A stretch of 20,312 nt of DNA from Octopus sinensis (GCF_006345805.1 NW_021823821.1:1-20312); one strand, 5' to 3'; positions 8,362 through 20,007 are shown, counted from the first letter of the stretch. Notes: generated by a model not told the origin, from the sequence alone. Program-made: numbers and translations.

Positions 8362-8847
8362 AGTGTCAATGGGGTTTTAAAAAAAACAATTTGCAAACGA
8401 AAATGCTCTTAACTTATTAACCATCTGGTATGTGCATTGAAAGTATAAGACACACAGAAGAAGAATCTTTAGCAGAGTAAACAAAATACAAGAGGGAATT
8501 ATTCTTAAAAAAGATTGAACAGATAATGTGTGTGTGTGTCTGTGTGTATGTGTATACGTATGTATATATATATTTGTATACAGATATGTGTCTCTGTGTG
8601 TGTACGTTTGTGTGTATGTAGGTGTATATGTATAATATGTATATATGCAGATATATATATATATGCATGTATACAAATATGTGTGTGACTCTGTGTATGT
8701 GCGTCTGTGTGTATGTATATATGTATGTGTATATATATGTATATATGCATGTATACAAATATGTGTGTGTGCGTGTTTGTGTGAGTGTATCGGTGTGTGT
8801 CTCTGTGTCTCTGTGTGTGCGTCTGTGTTTATGTATATATCTATGTG

Positions 8848-8883
<36 letters not shown>

Positions 8884-9184
8884 TGTATGCATGCATATAT
8901 ACAGATATGTGTGTATCTCTATGTCTCTGCGTCTGTGTGTATGTATATATATGTATATATATGCATGTATACAAATATATGTGTACGTAAGTTTGTGATT
9001 GTGTGTGTATTTGTATCTGTGCCTCTGTATGCATGTATATATATTTATATATGCATGTATGCAAATATGTGTGTTTGTGTGCGTGTGTGTGTGTCTTTGT
9101 GTGTCTGCATCTGTGAGCATGTAATATATGTATGTATATATGTATATATGTATGTATACAAATATATGTGTGTACGCCCGTGTG

Positions 9185-9259
<75 letters not shown>

Positions 9260-9675
9260 TATTTAAGCAAAACTTGGAAATAGTTACAAATGTTGAAAAT
9301 ACAATGCCGTGAAAAGCAGAAGCCTTAGAAAAGTACAATTATCTTTTAAATCAATTCAAGAAGATGGACATTTACTGCATCAAGCTTATGGTAGAATCTT
9401 ATGGGGAAAGGGCGATCGGGAGAGGATGAAAATAATATCTGAAATTTGATATTTTTCCATGCCATTAAAACGAATGCTGATATAAATGGGAAGAAAATAC
9501 TGGTTAACATAAAGATGAATTTTGAAGAACATCAAGAAACTTCAATAATTAAAGAACTCGTTTAAATAAAAGTGTTAGCAACAATATTAAATAACTCACC
9601 TGGTTCATGTCTGTGATTGACATCAAGTAACTCAGTCGTACGAAATGTTGCAAACTATGGGGAATGATTTGTCTG
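8362..9675 (+). pseudogene. Probable decayed Gypsy (Gmr1-like) gag-protease remnant, copy A, split by a microsatellite
   Basis: DNA similarity to 11237-12362 on both sides of the microsatellite. Conceptual fragments: KTHRRRIF, SYKC*KY (zinc-knuckle relic, 9282), and MGNDLS (9657-9674), which resembles the LLGNDLAG end of Gmr1-type proteases. Many stops and frameshifts. Confidence 0.45.
8525..9258. repeat. Long compound (TG)/(TA)/(TATG) microsatellite
   Basis: Directly visible. Confidence 0.95.
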
Positions 9676-9896
9676 CTTTAAATATTACATGCTTTTCTAC
9701 TGAATAGGTGCTGCTGAAATTAAAGCACGTCCAATATATTCCCATGTGTCATTTATCCCAATCAAATACAGTAATCTTTCTGCATGGCTTTTCCCACTGA
9801 AGCTAAATTCATCAAATCAATTAACAACGAATGAACGAACGAGTTACAGTGTTTCAATGTGAAAATATGAACTGTTAGAAAACGGCGGCCATATCT

Positions 9897-10297
9897 CTCT
9901 TTACTCTTTTACTCTTTTACTTGTTTCAGTCATTTGACTGTGGCTATGATCGAGCACCATCTTTAATCGAGAAAATCGACCCCAGGACTTATTCTTTGTA
10001 AGCCTAGAACTTATTCTCTCGGTCTCTTTTGCCGAACCGCTAAGTTACGGGGGCGTAAACACACCAGCATTGGTTGTCAAGCGATGTTGGGGAGACAAAC
10101 ACAGACACATACACATATACATATACATATAAACGACGGGCTTCTTTCAGTTTCCGTCTACCAAATCCATTCACAAGGCTTTGGTCGGCCTGAGGCTATA
10201 GTAGAAGACACTTGCCCAAGGTGCCACGCAGTAGGACTGAACCCGGAACCATGTGGTTGGTAAGAAAGCTACTTACCACACAGCCACTCCTACGCCT
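9897..10297 (-). mobile_element. SINE family 1, full length
   Basis: ttactcttttacttgtttcagtcatttgactg...cttaccacacagccactcctacgcct. Confidence 0.92.
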
Positions 10298-10480
10298 ATC
10301 TCTTTCAACTTTACAGATTATCCTCTTAAGAAAAGTAGGACATATTAGATAAGTCGTTCTAAGTTACCCTCTGTCTGTCAATAGAAATTGATTGGTCATC
10401 GTGAGCACAGGATTGTTCTGATAGGTCTATTTCATCACAGCTAACTCAGAGCGGGTTAAACACGAGCACCAGAACTAATC

Positions 10481-10790
10481 GTGGTACTCCGTCGGTTACG
10501 ACGACGAGGGTCCCAGCTGATATGATCAATGGAACAACATGCTCGTGAAATTAACGTGCAAGTGACTGAGCACTCCACAGAGACGTGTATCCTTAACGTA
10601 GTCCTCGTGTAGATTCAGTGTGACAGAGGGTGTGACAAGGCTGGCCCTTTGAAATACAGGTACAACAGAAGCAGGAAGAAAGAGTGAGGGAAAGTTGTGC
10701 TGAAAGAGTACAGCAGGGTTCACCACCACCGACTGCCGGAGCCTCGTGGCGCTTTAGGTGTTTTCGTTCAATAAACACTCACAACGCCAG
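10481..10790 (-). mobile_element. 5'-truncated SINE-like element sharing its 3' module with SINE family 3
   Basis: 10481-10663 is the reverse complement of 16936-17119 (gtacct.tatttcaaagggccagcc...cgttaatttca.gagca...gtaaccga.ggagt). 10664-10790 is different from the family-3 body. Confidence 0.75.
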
Positions 10791-10792
10791 GT

Positions 10793-10825
10793 CTTATTCT
10801 ATCGGTCTCTCTTGCCGAACCGCTA
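10793..10825 (-). mobile_element. SINE family 1, short internal fragment
   Basis: cttattctatcggtctctcttgccgaaccgcta. Confidence 0.7.
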
Positions 10826-11236
10826 GCGAGACTGTCCGATGCATATCGGCCTCCTTGAGCTCTATCAATGGCTTGTACTCACCGCCAGTTATATGCTTAG
10901 AAGAGATTTGTTTCGTACAAGATTTAGGAAACTAGTGTTCTCGCTATTTACTGCAGGGATGATTTTCATCTGCGTCCGATATAACTTGTATTTTTTTAAA
11001 TATTATAACATGAAAAGATGTTATCTCTGCCCGAATGTCGCAGTAAATTGCCTTCCAAATAGGTATTTACATTAAATATCATATACAGCTTTTATAACTT
11101 AATACTTCTTCTATTGTATATAATAATTTTTGTTAAAGTATATATATTCACTTTTATATAAGAATCATTTAATATAAAGGGCAGATATTCTATACGCATT
11201 TTATTGACATATTTTTTTTCAAGCAGCATCACAACT

Positions 11237-11624
11237 AAATTTAGTTATGCATTGAGAAAAAAAGAGAGTCTTTCAGTGGACAATTTGCCTGCTAGAAATG
11301 CCATCCGCCGCCCCTCACCAATTCACATCCAACTAGATTTATGGAAGGGTAGATCGGTTTTGCTATATTTCAAATGGCATTTGTTCAGAGATCTATCTAT
11401 AAGATCGACTGCAAAGAAGTATTGCTGGAACAATTCCATAGCACATTGAGGAAGTACTTTTGCAGGGAAATGTTATAAACATATTAACCGGTTGGTATAT
11501 ATACATTCCAAATAAGACACATTGAAGAATTATCTTCGAAAATGTAAACAAAATGCAGAGGGGAATTGTTCACAGAAAAGATAGCTTAGATAATACATGC
11601 ACGCACATATTCCTACACACACAC

Positions 11625-11675
<51 letters not shown>

Positions 11676-11824
11676 AGTACAAACGTATATGGGTATGCAT
11701 TTACATATATACAGCCAAATATATATATATGTGTGTGCGTGTGTGTGTGTGTGTATACACACATGCATATATATGTATAAACAAATATAGATATACACAC
11801 ATACACACACACACATATATATAT

Positions 11825-11863
<39 letters not shown>

Positions 11864-12362
11864 CGTATACATATATACATATATATGTTTGTATGTATAT
11901 ATATATGTGTGTGTGTGTGTGTGCTACAAACGCGGAAAATACGGTAACATAAAAAAATTAGAGAGAGTTGAAAAAGTACAAGAATTGTTAAAGGAATATA
12001 AAATATTTAAAAAATGTTATTTTCTGCAGCAAGTAATGATAGAACGGTATAGGAAGAGAGAATATTCTAGAAAGAGCAGAAAAGAAATACACAGTTTCTG
12101 AAATTTCGAATGTTCACAGCATAAAAATGAATGCTTGGAGAGTTAAATAGATTTAAGACAAAGATAGCTTCCATAACGTGAAGGAAATAAGTGTGGAAAG
12201 ATCTCTTGGAAAGAAACAATATTCTCTCACCATAAACGTATATGTATATATATTTTAATTGTTTAATAACAGTGTTAGCAGCAATCTTGCGCACACCTAA
12301 ATTATTGCATCTTTACAGAGGTTTTATTGTTAGTTTTAAAACCTGGTTCAATTGTGACAAAG
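11237..12362 (+). pseudogene. Probable decayed Gypsy (Gmr1-like, SCAN-related) gag remnant, copy B, split by a microsatellite
   Basis: Conceptual fragments in order: KFSYALRKKES (11237), YFKW, EVLLEQFHSTL (11416-), KTH*RIIF, CYKRGKYGNI (11922). These follow the order of recalled Gmr1 gag motifs KFRxLRK..RW..ILLEQFxxxL..THK..CxxCxxxGH. Similar to copy A. Confidence 0.5.
11597..11922. repeat. Compound (CA)/(TA)/(TG) microsatellite
   Basis: Directly visible. Confidence 0.95.
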
Positions 12363-12401
12363 ATAGAACTAAGAATAGGCGCCATTTTAATAATGAACAT
12401 A

Positions 12402-12608
12402 CAGGCGTGGCTGTGTGGTAAGAAGCTTCATTTCCAGTCATATGCCTCCGGGTTCAGTCCCAGTGTGTGGCACCGTGAGCAAGTGTTTTGTATTTATATC
12501 ATAGCACCGGGCCGACCAAAGCCTTGGGAGTGGATCTGATAGATGGAAACTGAAAGAAGCCAGTTGCATATGTGTGTGTATGCATGTTTATTTGCGTGTG
12601 TATGTGCA

Positions 12609-12641
<33 letters not shown>

Positions 12642-12865
12642 TGTGTGTGTGTGTGTCATTGTATCGGTGTTTGTCCCCTACCACCAATTAACAATAGATG
12701 CTTGTGTATTTAGGTCCCCGTTAATTAACGGTTCATCAAAAAAGAGCGACAGAATAAGTACCAGGCATGAAAAATATATAATGACTACTGGGATTGATTC
12801 GTCCGTCTCAAAATTCTTCATAGCATCGTCCCAGGATGGGCAAAGTCTAATTACAGTAGGAAAAG
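12402..12865 (+). mobile_element. SINE family 1, diverged full-length copy
   Basis: caggcgtggctgtgtggtaagaagc...gggttcagtccc...gaaagaagcc...(TG)n...gacagaataagtaccaggc. Confidence 0.8.
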
Positions 12866-12940
12866 ATAACGGATACTATACTTTCTCTAAAAATAATGTA
12901 TCCCTGACAGCACAATCAAATACGGTTCTTCATATCTCAG

Positions 12941-13181
12941 TTTTACTCTTTTACTTGTTTCAGTCATTTGACTCCGGCCATGCTGGAGCACCGCCTTTAG
13001 TCGAGCACTCGACCCCGGGACTTATCTTTTGTAAGCCCAGTACTTATTCTATCGGTCTCTTTTGCTGAACCGCTAGTAACGGGACATAAACACACCAGCA
13101 TCGGTTGTCAAGCAATGCTAGAGGGACAAACACAGACACACAAACACACACACGCATATATATATTTATATATATATATAC

Positions 13182-13230
<49 letters not shown>

Positions 13231-13402
13231 CATATATTATACGACGGCTTTCTTCAGTTTTCCGTCTACCAATCCACTCACAAGGCTTTGGTCGCCCGAG
13301 GCTTTAGAAAAGACACTTGCCCAAGGTGCCACGCAGTGGGACTGAACCCAGAACCATGTGGCTGGTAAGCAAGCTACTTACCGCACAGCCTCTCCTGCGC
13401 CT
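12941..13402 (-). mobile_element. SINE family 1, full length, expanded internal (TA)n
   Basis: ttttactcttttacttgtttcagtcatttgac...cttaccgcacagcctctcctgcgcct. Confidence 0.92.
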
Positions 13403-13648
13403 ATGTTTGATGAGGTTTTGATGATAGGTTCCATGCATCACTGCTATTTCTAGCAGGCAGACTGTCCGCATAAAGTCCACGTAATTGTTGATTATCAATA
13501 GTTAATTTTTATTCTCGTTTTGATGTTTCTATAAATAATATGCCAATACTAACGTAATTATACAAATGTAATTATATGCGCATGCGTATGTGAGTGTGAG
13601 AGTGTATTTCTATAAAGTATTTACTCATGATGTCTAAAGATTTATTAA

Positions 13649-14070
<422 letters not shown>

Positions 14071-14207
14071 GGCACAGAAAGTGTGTCACTAGCCAGCTGG
14101 AGGAGGTGTCCTCCTGGGACTTACAAGCTAGAGTAGCATCTAAGTGGCAAATATCATTCATGATGTGGTGTCAGCTACGTTTTATACCTCGCTCAATATT
14201 TATTATT

Positions 14208-14225
14208 GCTTATATAATATATATA

Positions 14226-14295
<70 letters not shown>

Positions 14296-14304
14296 ATATA
14301 TATA
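14208..14304. repeat. (TA)n microsatellite
   Basis: Directly visible. Confidence 0.95.
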
Positions 14305-14483
14305 TCAAAACATAGACAAAGAGAAAACACAACAACGCGAGGACGTGCAACAAGTATAGTGTTATTGGACACTCAGAAAAGGAATGAACGAAAGAGGATT
14401 TAACGCTTCGAGGGGAGCTCTTCGTCAGAAACATAGAAAAGGAAAGGTCCAAGGAAGGGAAGAGAGAGAAAGAAAATCGCCAA
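14304..14483 (-). mobile_element. Hammerhead-bearing repeat, copy D (truncated at the right end), flanked by (TA)n
   Basis: caaagagaaaacacaacaacgcgaggacgtg...gaaaatcgccaa, followed directly by (TA)n. Confidence 0.72.
14398..14432 (-). ncRNA. Hammerhead-like motif with canonical CUGACGA but GAAG in place of GAAA
   Basis: Minus strand: GUUU CUGACGA A GAGC ucc CCUC GAAGC GUU AAAU. Confidence 0.5.
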
Positions 14484-14914
14484 GATATATATATATATAT
14501 ATACACACAAAATATGGATGTTTATTTCACGGGAGATCTAAACGACTAGGTACTCTAGGTAAGTGCTGTAACGGATTATTAAGGCTCCAAGGTGATAGCC
14601 GAGACGGTAGTTATGGAGCCATTATAAATTTCCGATATTTCGGGAATATAATTGTAAAAGAGGACAACAAAAGTTTAAGGCAAGGCAAACATCTCAAGTC
14701 ATATACAGTATTATTATTGGGAAAATTAAGTCTTACAGCTGTTTCTGGGATATCCTATAGTATGGATATTCTGTCATCAGAAACAAATAGGAAAAGATAA
14801 AAGATAAAAGATATCTATAAGGTACCGGTGGAACAGTGGGTCGATTTAATTGACTTACTCCTCCTCGGATATTGCTGCTCTTGTTCCAGGGTAGAAATTA
14901 TTTAATATTGGCTT

Positions 14915-15150
14915 TTAAGGCGGCGAGCTGGCAGACACGTTAGTGCGCCGGGCGAAATGCTTAACGGTATTTCGTCTGTCGTTACGCTCTGAGTTCAAAT
15001 TCCGCCGAGGTCAACTTTGCCTTTTCATCCTTTCGGGGTCGATAAATTAAGTACCAGTTACGCACTGGGGTCGATGTAATCGACTTAATCCCTTCGTCTG
15101 TCCTTGTTTGTCCCCTCTGTGTTTAGCCCCTTCTGGGCAGTGAAGAAATA
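14915..15150 (+). mobile_element. SINE family 2, intact, with 16-bp target-site duplication
   Basis: tatttaatattggctt at 14899-14914 and 15151-15166. Confidence 0.93.
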
Positions 15151-15166
15151 TATTTAATATTGGCTT

Positions 15167-15272
15167 CAAATTTTGGCACAAGGCCAGCAAGTTCAAGAGA
15201 ATTGTTATATCGGTTACATCTACCCCCAGCGCTCAACAACTCCATATTTTATCAACCCCGAATTGATGAAAG
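15167..15272 (-). mobile_element. SINE family 2, degenerate 3' fragment
   Basis: caaattttggcacaaggccagcaa...ggttacatctacccccagcgctcaac...ttatcaaccccgaa..gatgaaag. Confidence 0.6.
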
Positions 15273-15302
15273 AATTTAATATTCAACAGTGATACTTCTT
15301 AA

Positions 15303-15511
15303 GGCAGCGAGGTGACGGGATTGTTAGCACGTCGGACAAAAATTCTCAGTAGCATTTCGTCAGTTTTCGTGTTCTGAGTTGAAATTCCGCCAAGGTTGAC
15401 TTTACCCTTCATCTGAAAATAATTACAAGTTGAACAATGGGATTGATGTGATCGATTTACCCACTCCGCGAAATTCCTGGCGTTGTGCCAAAATCTGAAA
15501 CCAATATTAAC
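15303..15511 (+). mobile_element. SINE family 2, diverged copy with possible 9-bp target-site duplication
   Basis: ggcagcgaggtgac...ttctgagttgaaattccgccaaggttgac...ttgtgccaaaatctgaaacc. acttcttaa at 15294-15302 and 15512-15520. Confidence 0.75.
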
Positions 15512-15649
15512 ACTTCTTAAAAAGATTAAATATTTATGAATTCTTACATAGAAATTTTGACGTTGACGTTGAAATTTCGACTTGCTCGCCGTTAGCAGAG
15601 TGTCTGAATGCTAGAATTTCCTGTCAAACTTTTCCTTGTAAATTGAGTA

Positions 15650-15724
15650 GACATATACATACAAGTATATCTATATATATTATCTATCATTCTCTATCTC
15701 TCTCTCTCTCTCTCTCTCTCATAT

Positions 15725-15762
<38 letters not shown>

Positions 15763-15790
15763 GATATATATATATATGTATATACTATGC

Positions 15791-15829
<39 letters not shown>

Positions 15830-16021
15830 CATGTGTATATATATGTATGCATATATATATATACATATATATATGTGCATATATATACATATATATATAT
15901 ATATTATATATATATATATATATATATGCCTATATATATATATATATATATATATAGCATATATATATATGCATATAATATGCATATGTATATATATGCA
16001 TATATATACATATGCATATAT

Positions 16022-16053
<32 letters not shown>

Positions 16054-16142
16054 ATATATATATATTATATGCATATATATATGTGTGTGTGTCTGTATTT
16101 ACACACACACCACACATATACACACACACGTGTGTGTGCGTG
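15650..16142. repeat. Long compound (CT)/(TA)/(TG)/(CA) microsatellite
   Basis: Directly visible. Confidence 0.95.
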
Positions 16143-16613
16143 TGAGAGGGGTGTATGATTTTGATATTTAAACATGACTTGCACCCTGTAGGAACGAGTT
16201 ATAAAAGTACACTTACTTCTACTACAGCAAGATCTCTGAAAAGAGATAGGAGGAAGCAAAATTGGAGAAAGGACAAATCTAGCACGCTATAATTTTAAAT
16301 ATTTCTACAGTACTGAAAGTAGAGACATGATGCAGTTAAATCAAAAACAGTTTCATTACAAGAAAGTGATAGTTATTTAATATCTTGTACAGAAGCTAGA
16401 GTTATCACTAAATAAATATATTTCTTAGTGGCGGTGTTTCCACTGGTGTTACATAAACCACCTGGAGTACGTCGGTAATGACGACTATATATGACATCAT
16501 TGATTTATTTCTACGACGTATCGTAAATTATGAGAAACATTACTTTCGTTTAGCTGTTGTTGTTGTTGTTGTTGTTTTAGAGTTTGCTATCAATAGATGT
16601 TGTGATGTTATGT

Positions 16614-16668
16614 TGTTTCAGTCGTTCGACTGCGGCCATGCTGGGGCACCCTCTTTAGTCGAGCAAAT
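16614..16668 (-). mobile_element. SINE family 1, 3'-terminal fragment
   Basis: tgtttcagtcgttcgactgcggccatgctggggcaccctctttagtcgagcaaat. Confidence 0.8.
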
Positions 16669-16793
16669 ATGTATGCACCCATATATATATGTATGTATGT
16701 GCCATAATTCAGCGATGACTATTACAAATCCTTTGTCTATGACACTGGTTACATGATTTTTTTCTGAAGTCAACGAGTTATAGAATTGCAGGT

Positions 16794-17122
16794 GAAGACG
16801 CTTGGCTTAGTGGTTACCGGCATTCGGTTCATGATCGTAACGTCGTGAGTTCGATTCCCGGCGGCGCGTTGTGTCCTTGAGCAAGACACTTAATTTTTAC
16901 GTTGCTCCAGTCCACTCAGCTGGCAAAAATGAGTAGTACCTTTATTTCAAAAGGGCCAGCCCTGTCACTCTCTGTGTCACGCTGAATCTCCCCGAAAACT
17001 ACGTTAAGGGTACACGTGTTTGTGGAGTGCTCAACCACTTGCCCGTTAATTTCATGAGCAAACTGTTCCTTTGATCGTATCAGCTGGGACACTGGTCATC
17101 GCAACCGAGGGAGTGCTCCATC
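16794..17122 (+). mobile_element. SINE family 3 (tRNA-derived), full length, with 12-bp target-site duplication
   Basis: A box tggcttagtgg, B box gagttcgattccc, central tgtgtccttgagcaagacactt motif reminiscent of CORE/V/Meta-type SINE domains. agaattgcaggt at 16782-16793 and 17123-17134. Confidence 0.92.
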
Positions 17123-17280
17123 AGAATTGCAGGTACGAACCTGGATGCCTCGCTTTGGTCTTTTGGACCTATTAGAAATAACAGCTAAATCTCTTTTAGC
17201 TTGCATAATACCGACTAAAATATGAAATTGATATACCGGATAAATATAGTCGTAAATAACAGTGAAATGACTGAGACGCG

Positions 17281-17585
17281 TTTCAAATTTGTGGGCAGGG
17301 AAACTTGACCCCTGTACTAAACCGGTACTTATTTTATCGACCCTAAAATGATGAAAGGCAAAGTCGAACTTGGTGGATTTAGAACTCAGAACATAAAGAG
17401 CCGGATGAAATGCAGTTATATATTTTGATCCGGGTGCTAACTAGTATCCGATTTGCTGCTTTAATCGTTTGAAATTGTAATACAAGGCCGCAATTTAACG
17501 TGAAGAGGATTGAGGATTAGCTGACCGCGTTGATCCCAGTGCTCAACTGGTACGTATTTCAGGGACTTCCGAAAGAGTGGAAGGC
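17281..17585 (-). mobile_element. Two degenerate SINE family 2 fragments
   Basis: ccggtacttattttatcgaccctaaaatgatgaaaggcaaagtcgaac...gaactcagaac; and tacaaggcc...gatcccagtgctcaactggtac...gaaggcaag. Confidence 0.65.
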
Positions 17586-17729
17586 AAGTTGGTCCTGGGA
17601 GTCAGTTGTAATCAAAATCGAATCCACAACTACTTTTTAAGTCCTGTACTTATTCTATTGAAGCTTTGTTTTTTTACTGAAGCTCTAAGTTGTAAATGAA
17701 CCAACGCTGGTTACCAACAGGTGAGGAAA

Positions 17730-17845
17730 CAAACACAAACTCAAATACATACATACATTCATACATACATACACATATATATATGCACACACACACACAA
17801 ACCAATATACACGCATGTACAAACGCACATACACATATACATGAT
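17730..17845. repeat. (CATA)/(CA)-rich microsatellite
   Basis: Directly visible. Confidence 0.85.
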
Positions 17846-17971
17846 GTGATGTGTAAATTACCGCCATTTTATCTTTTTAATTTTGTGCATGCGCATTGTT
17901 CTTTTTTTTATTTTGTCAACTACACAATCTAGTAGGGACAACTGAGCAACGTCTGTGAGAAAAACAGCACG

Positions 17972-18578
17972 ATGACGCAATTAACTCTGCCAGAAATTTG
18001 GAAACTACATCCTGAACTATTTGGCATTCGCGCCGGAAGCTTATATACGAACATTTCAAAGAGTTGGGTGTCAATCTGAGGACATGTACCGAGAGTGATA
18101 AAAATCAAACATCTAGACATCAAGGTGTTTGCAATGATCGCTAGTGATGGCGATGTTATGCCACCACTCATCTTCCCACACGGTCTCACACTCGACACGG
18201 AGGTCTACATCAAGTGCCTGTAGAAGATAGTGCAACCCTTGATCAAGAGGATGGTTGCTCTAAGACCGTATGTCTGGCAACAGGACACTGCACCGTGTCA
18301 CACAAGCAGGAGAATCCAGTCAGAGCTGTCAGACAAATTTCTGCGACCACATCGCCTCTAACATCTGGCCACCTAACTCTCCACACTGCAACTCTCTTGA
18401 TTATTATGTGTGGGTCGCAGTTGAGCGAGAGACCAACAAAACTCCTTTTAACACCAAAGATGAACTGAAGGCAAGAATCATGGTAGCATTCATCAAATTA
18501 AAAGAAGATCTTCCAGAAGTCATATGGAGATCGTGGTTGAAGCCAATGGTGATTTTATTGAATAAATTTGCTCTTTGA
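17972..18578 (+). pseudogene. Internally deleted, frameshifted Tc1/mariner transposase of the DD37D (maT) family
   Basis: N-terminal MTQLTLPEIWKLHPELFGIRAGS joins to IKVFAMIASDGDVMPPLIFPHGL...YVWQQD(18284)TAPCHTSRRIQSELSDKF/CDHIASNIWPPNSPHCNSLD(18399)YYVW. There are 37 residues between the two Asp after correcting one frameshift near 18340, and a stop near 18221. Confidence 0.85.
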
Positions 18579-18651
18579 CATGTATTTCAAGATATTTTCA
18601 TGTAATTTTAGTAAATATATCTGTTAAAATGAGATGCTAGTGTTTTTTTTT

Positions 18652-18688
18652 CTTTTTGTGTAAATTAGACGACAGTTTATTCACCGTA
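18652..18688 (+). mobile_element. Candidate right terminal inverted repeat of the maT element, ending at TA
   Basis: ...tttttgtgtaaattagacgacagtttattcaccg|TA lies downstream of the transposase and ends in a TA dinucleotide. No matching left TIR is visible. Confidence 0.35.
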
Positions 18689-19070
18689 GCCTGTGGTAAG
18701 TAGCTTGCTAACTAACCACATGGTTCCGGGTTCAGTCCCACTGCGTGGCATCTTGGGCAAGTGTCTTCTGCTATGGCCCCGGGCCGACCAATGCCTTGTG
18801 AGTGGATTTGGTAGACAGACTGAAAGAAGCCTATCGTATATATGTATATATTATATTATATATGTGGTGTGTTTTGTGTGTCTGTGTTTGTCCCCCTAGC
18901 ATTGCTTGACAACCGATGCTGGTGTGTTTACGTCCCCGTAACGTAGCGGTTCGGCAAAAGAGACCGATAGAATAAGTACTGGGCTTACAAAGAATAAGTC
19001 CCGGGGTCGATTTGCTCGACTAAAGGCGGTGCTCCAGTCAAATGACTGAAACAAGTAAAAGAGTAAAGAG
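18689..19070 (+). mobile_element. SINE family 1, slightly 5'-truncated
   Basis: ctgtggtaagtagcttgc...gaaacaagtaaaagagtaaagag. Confidence 0.92.
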
Positions 19071-19282
19071 TATATCAGAAAGAAGCACACTCTAAAATAT
19101 AGAGCAGTGCTCTGTCTTTGTGGGCGCGAAACCTGAAATTTTGAGGGTTTCCTCACGTCTGCGACGTAGATATTTTGAGATTTTGTCTTCATATAGAGTC
19201 TAACGAGCTGTCCACAAGGCTTTGATTTTTGGGCACGAAACCTTGAGTAACCCTATATAAAATTTTGCTGTAATATATATAT

Positions 19283-19405
19283 ATACACAAGAAGGGTTTC
19301 CATATACTTTCCGTCGACTAAATTCAAACATAACCCATTGGTCGCCCTAGGATTATAGCGGAAGACACTTCCTCGACGTTCTGCGAAAGTGAACTGTAAA
19401 CCACA
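19283..19405 (-). mobile_element. Highly degenerate SINE family 1 5' half
   Basis: tttccgtcgactaaattc...ttggtcgccctagga.tatagcggaagacacttcc. Confidence 0.5.
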
Positions 19406-19869
19406 GGGTTTCACTTGATAAGAGTTAATGCCCCGCGATATAAAAGATGGAAATAAATTCCAAGACTCTTTTTGAATTAGAGACTAGTCGTCATTCTGAA
19501 AATTCTGGTTGTATTTGGCTTGTAAGAAACAGCAACAAAGAGAATAAGCTACATACTACAGGGTTGCATAACATTTCGTGCATTATACTCCTAGTTTTCT
19601 ATTTTGGTTTTCTCATATAACGAAGGTTAATCTTCCGTCCTTTGCTTCTTTTAGGCATTGGACTGCGGCTATGCTGGTGCAACGCCTTGAAGGATAGACA
19701 GAAATTGTACTCTTCGAAATTATGGCCGAGAGGAAGACAAATTTTTGCAAAGGAGAAAGCATGCAATTAGATAATCAATCAATAACTGACATATTTTTTT
19801 TAACATCAAGAATTCAAGCAAAATCAATAAACAGAAGATAATTCGTGGCTGTTAATAATTAATCAATCA

Positions 19870-19940
19870 CGATAATATCAATAACTGATACGACGATAAC
19901 AACAACAAACACAACAATAATAATAATTATGATAAGGAGA

Positions 19941-20006
<66 letters not shown>
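19870..20006. repeat. (TAA)n/(CAA)n microsatellite
   Basis: Directly visible. Confidence 0.92.

Positions 20007-20007
<1 letters not shown>

Noticed and set aside
8377-9338. Long ORFs (297, 215, 175 aa) rich in H/T/Y/I/C/V
   Set aside because: They are translations of dinucleotide and tetranucleotide microsatellites, which lack stop codons. The same applies to ORFs at 398-699, 11553-11947, 13627-14075 and 15643-16145.
11455-11500. Splice-acceptor-like cttttgcag|G, with a donor-like TG|GTATGT at 8428 in the paralogous segment
   Set aside because: The sites are not conserved between the two paralogous segments, no consistent open exon results, and the retroelement reading explains the region better. 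RNA-seq could overturn this.
14384-14800. 138-aa ORF as a gene
   Set aside because: It starts inside the hammerhead repeat and crosses a (TA)n tract, so it is a chance fusion of unrelated segments.
16158-16330. Possible third copy of the gag-like segment after another microsatellite (gatatttaaacatgacttg vs gatatttaagcaaaacttg at 9258)
   Set aside because: The similarity is short and AT-rich, and the sequence before the microsatellite does not match.
17845-17970. Left TIR of the maT element
   Set aside because: No reverse complement of the candidate right end (cggtgaataaactgtcgtc...) is visible.
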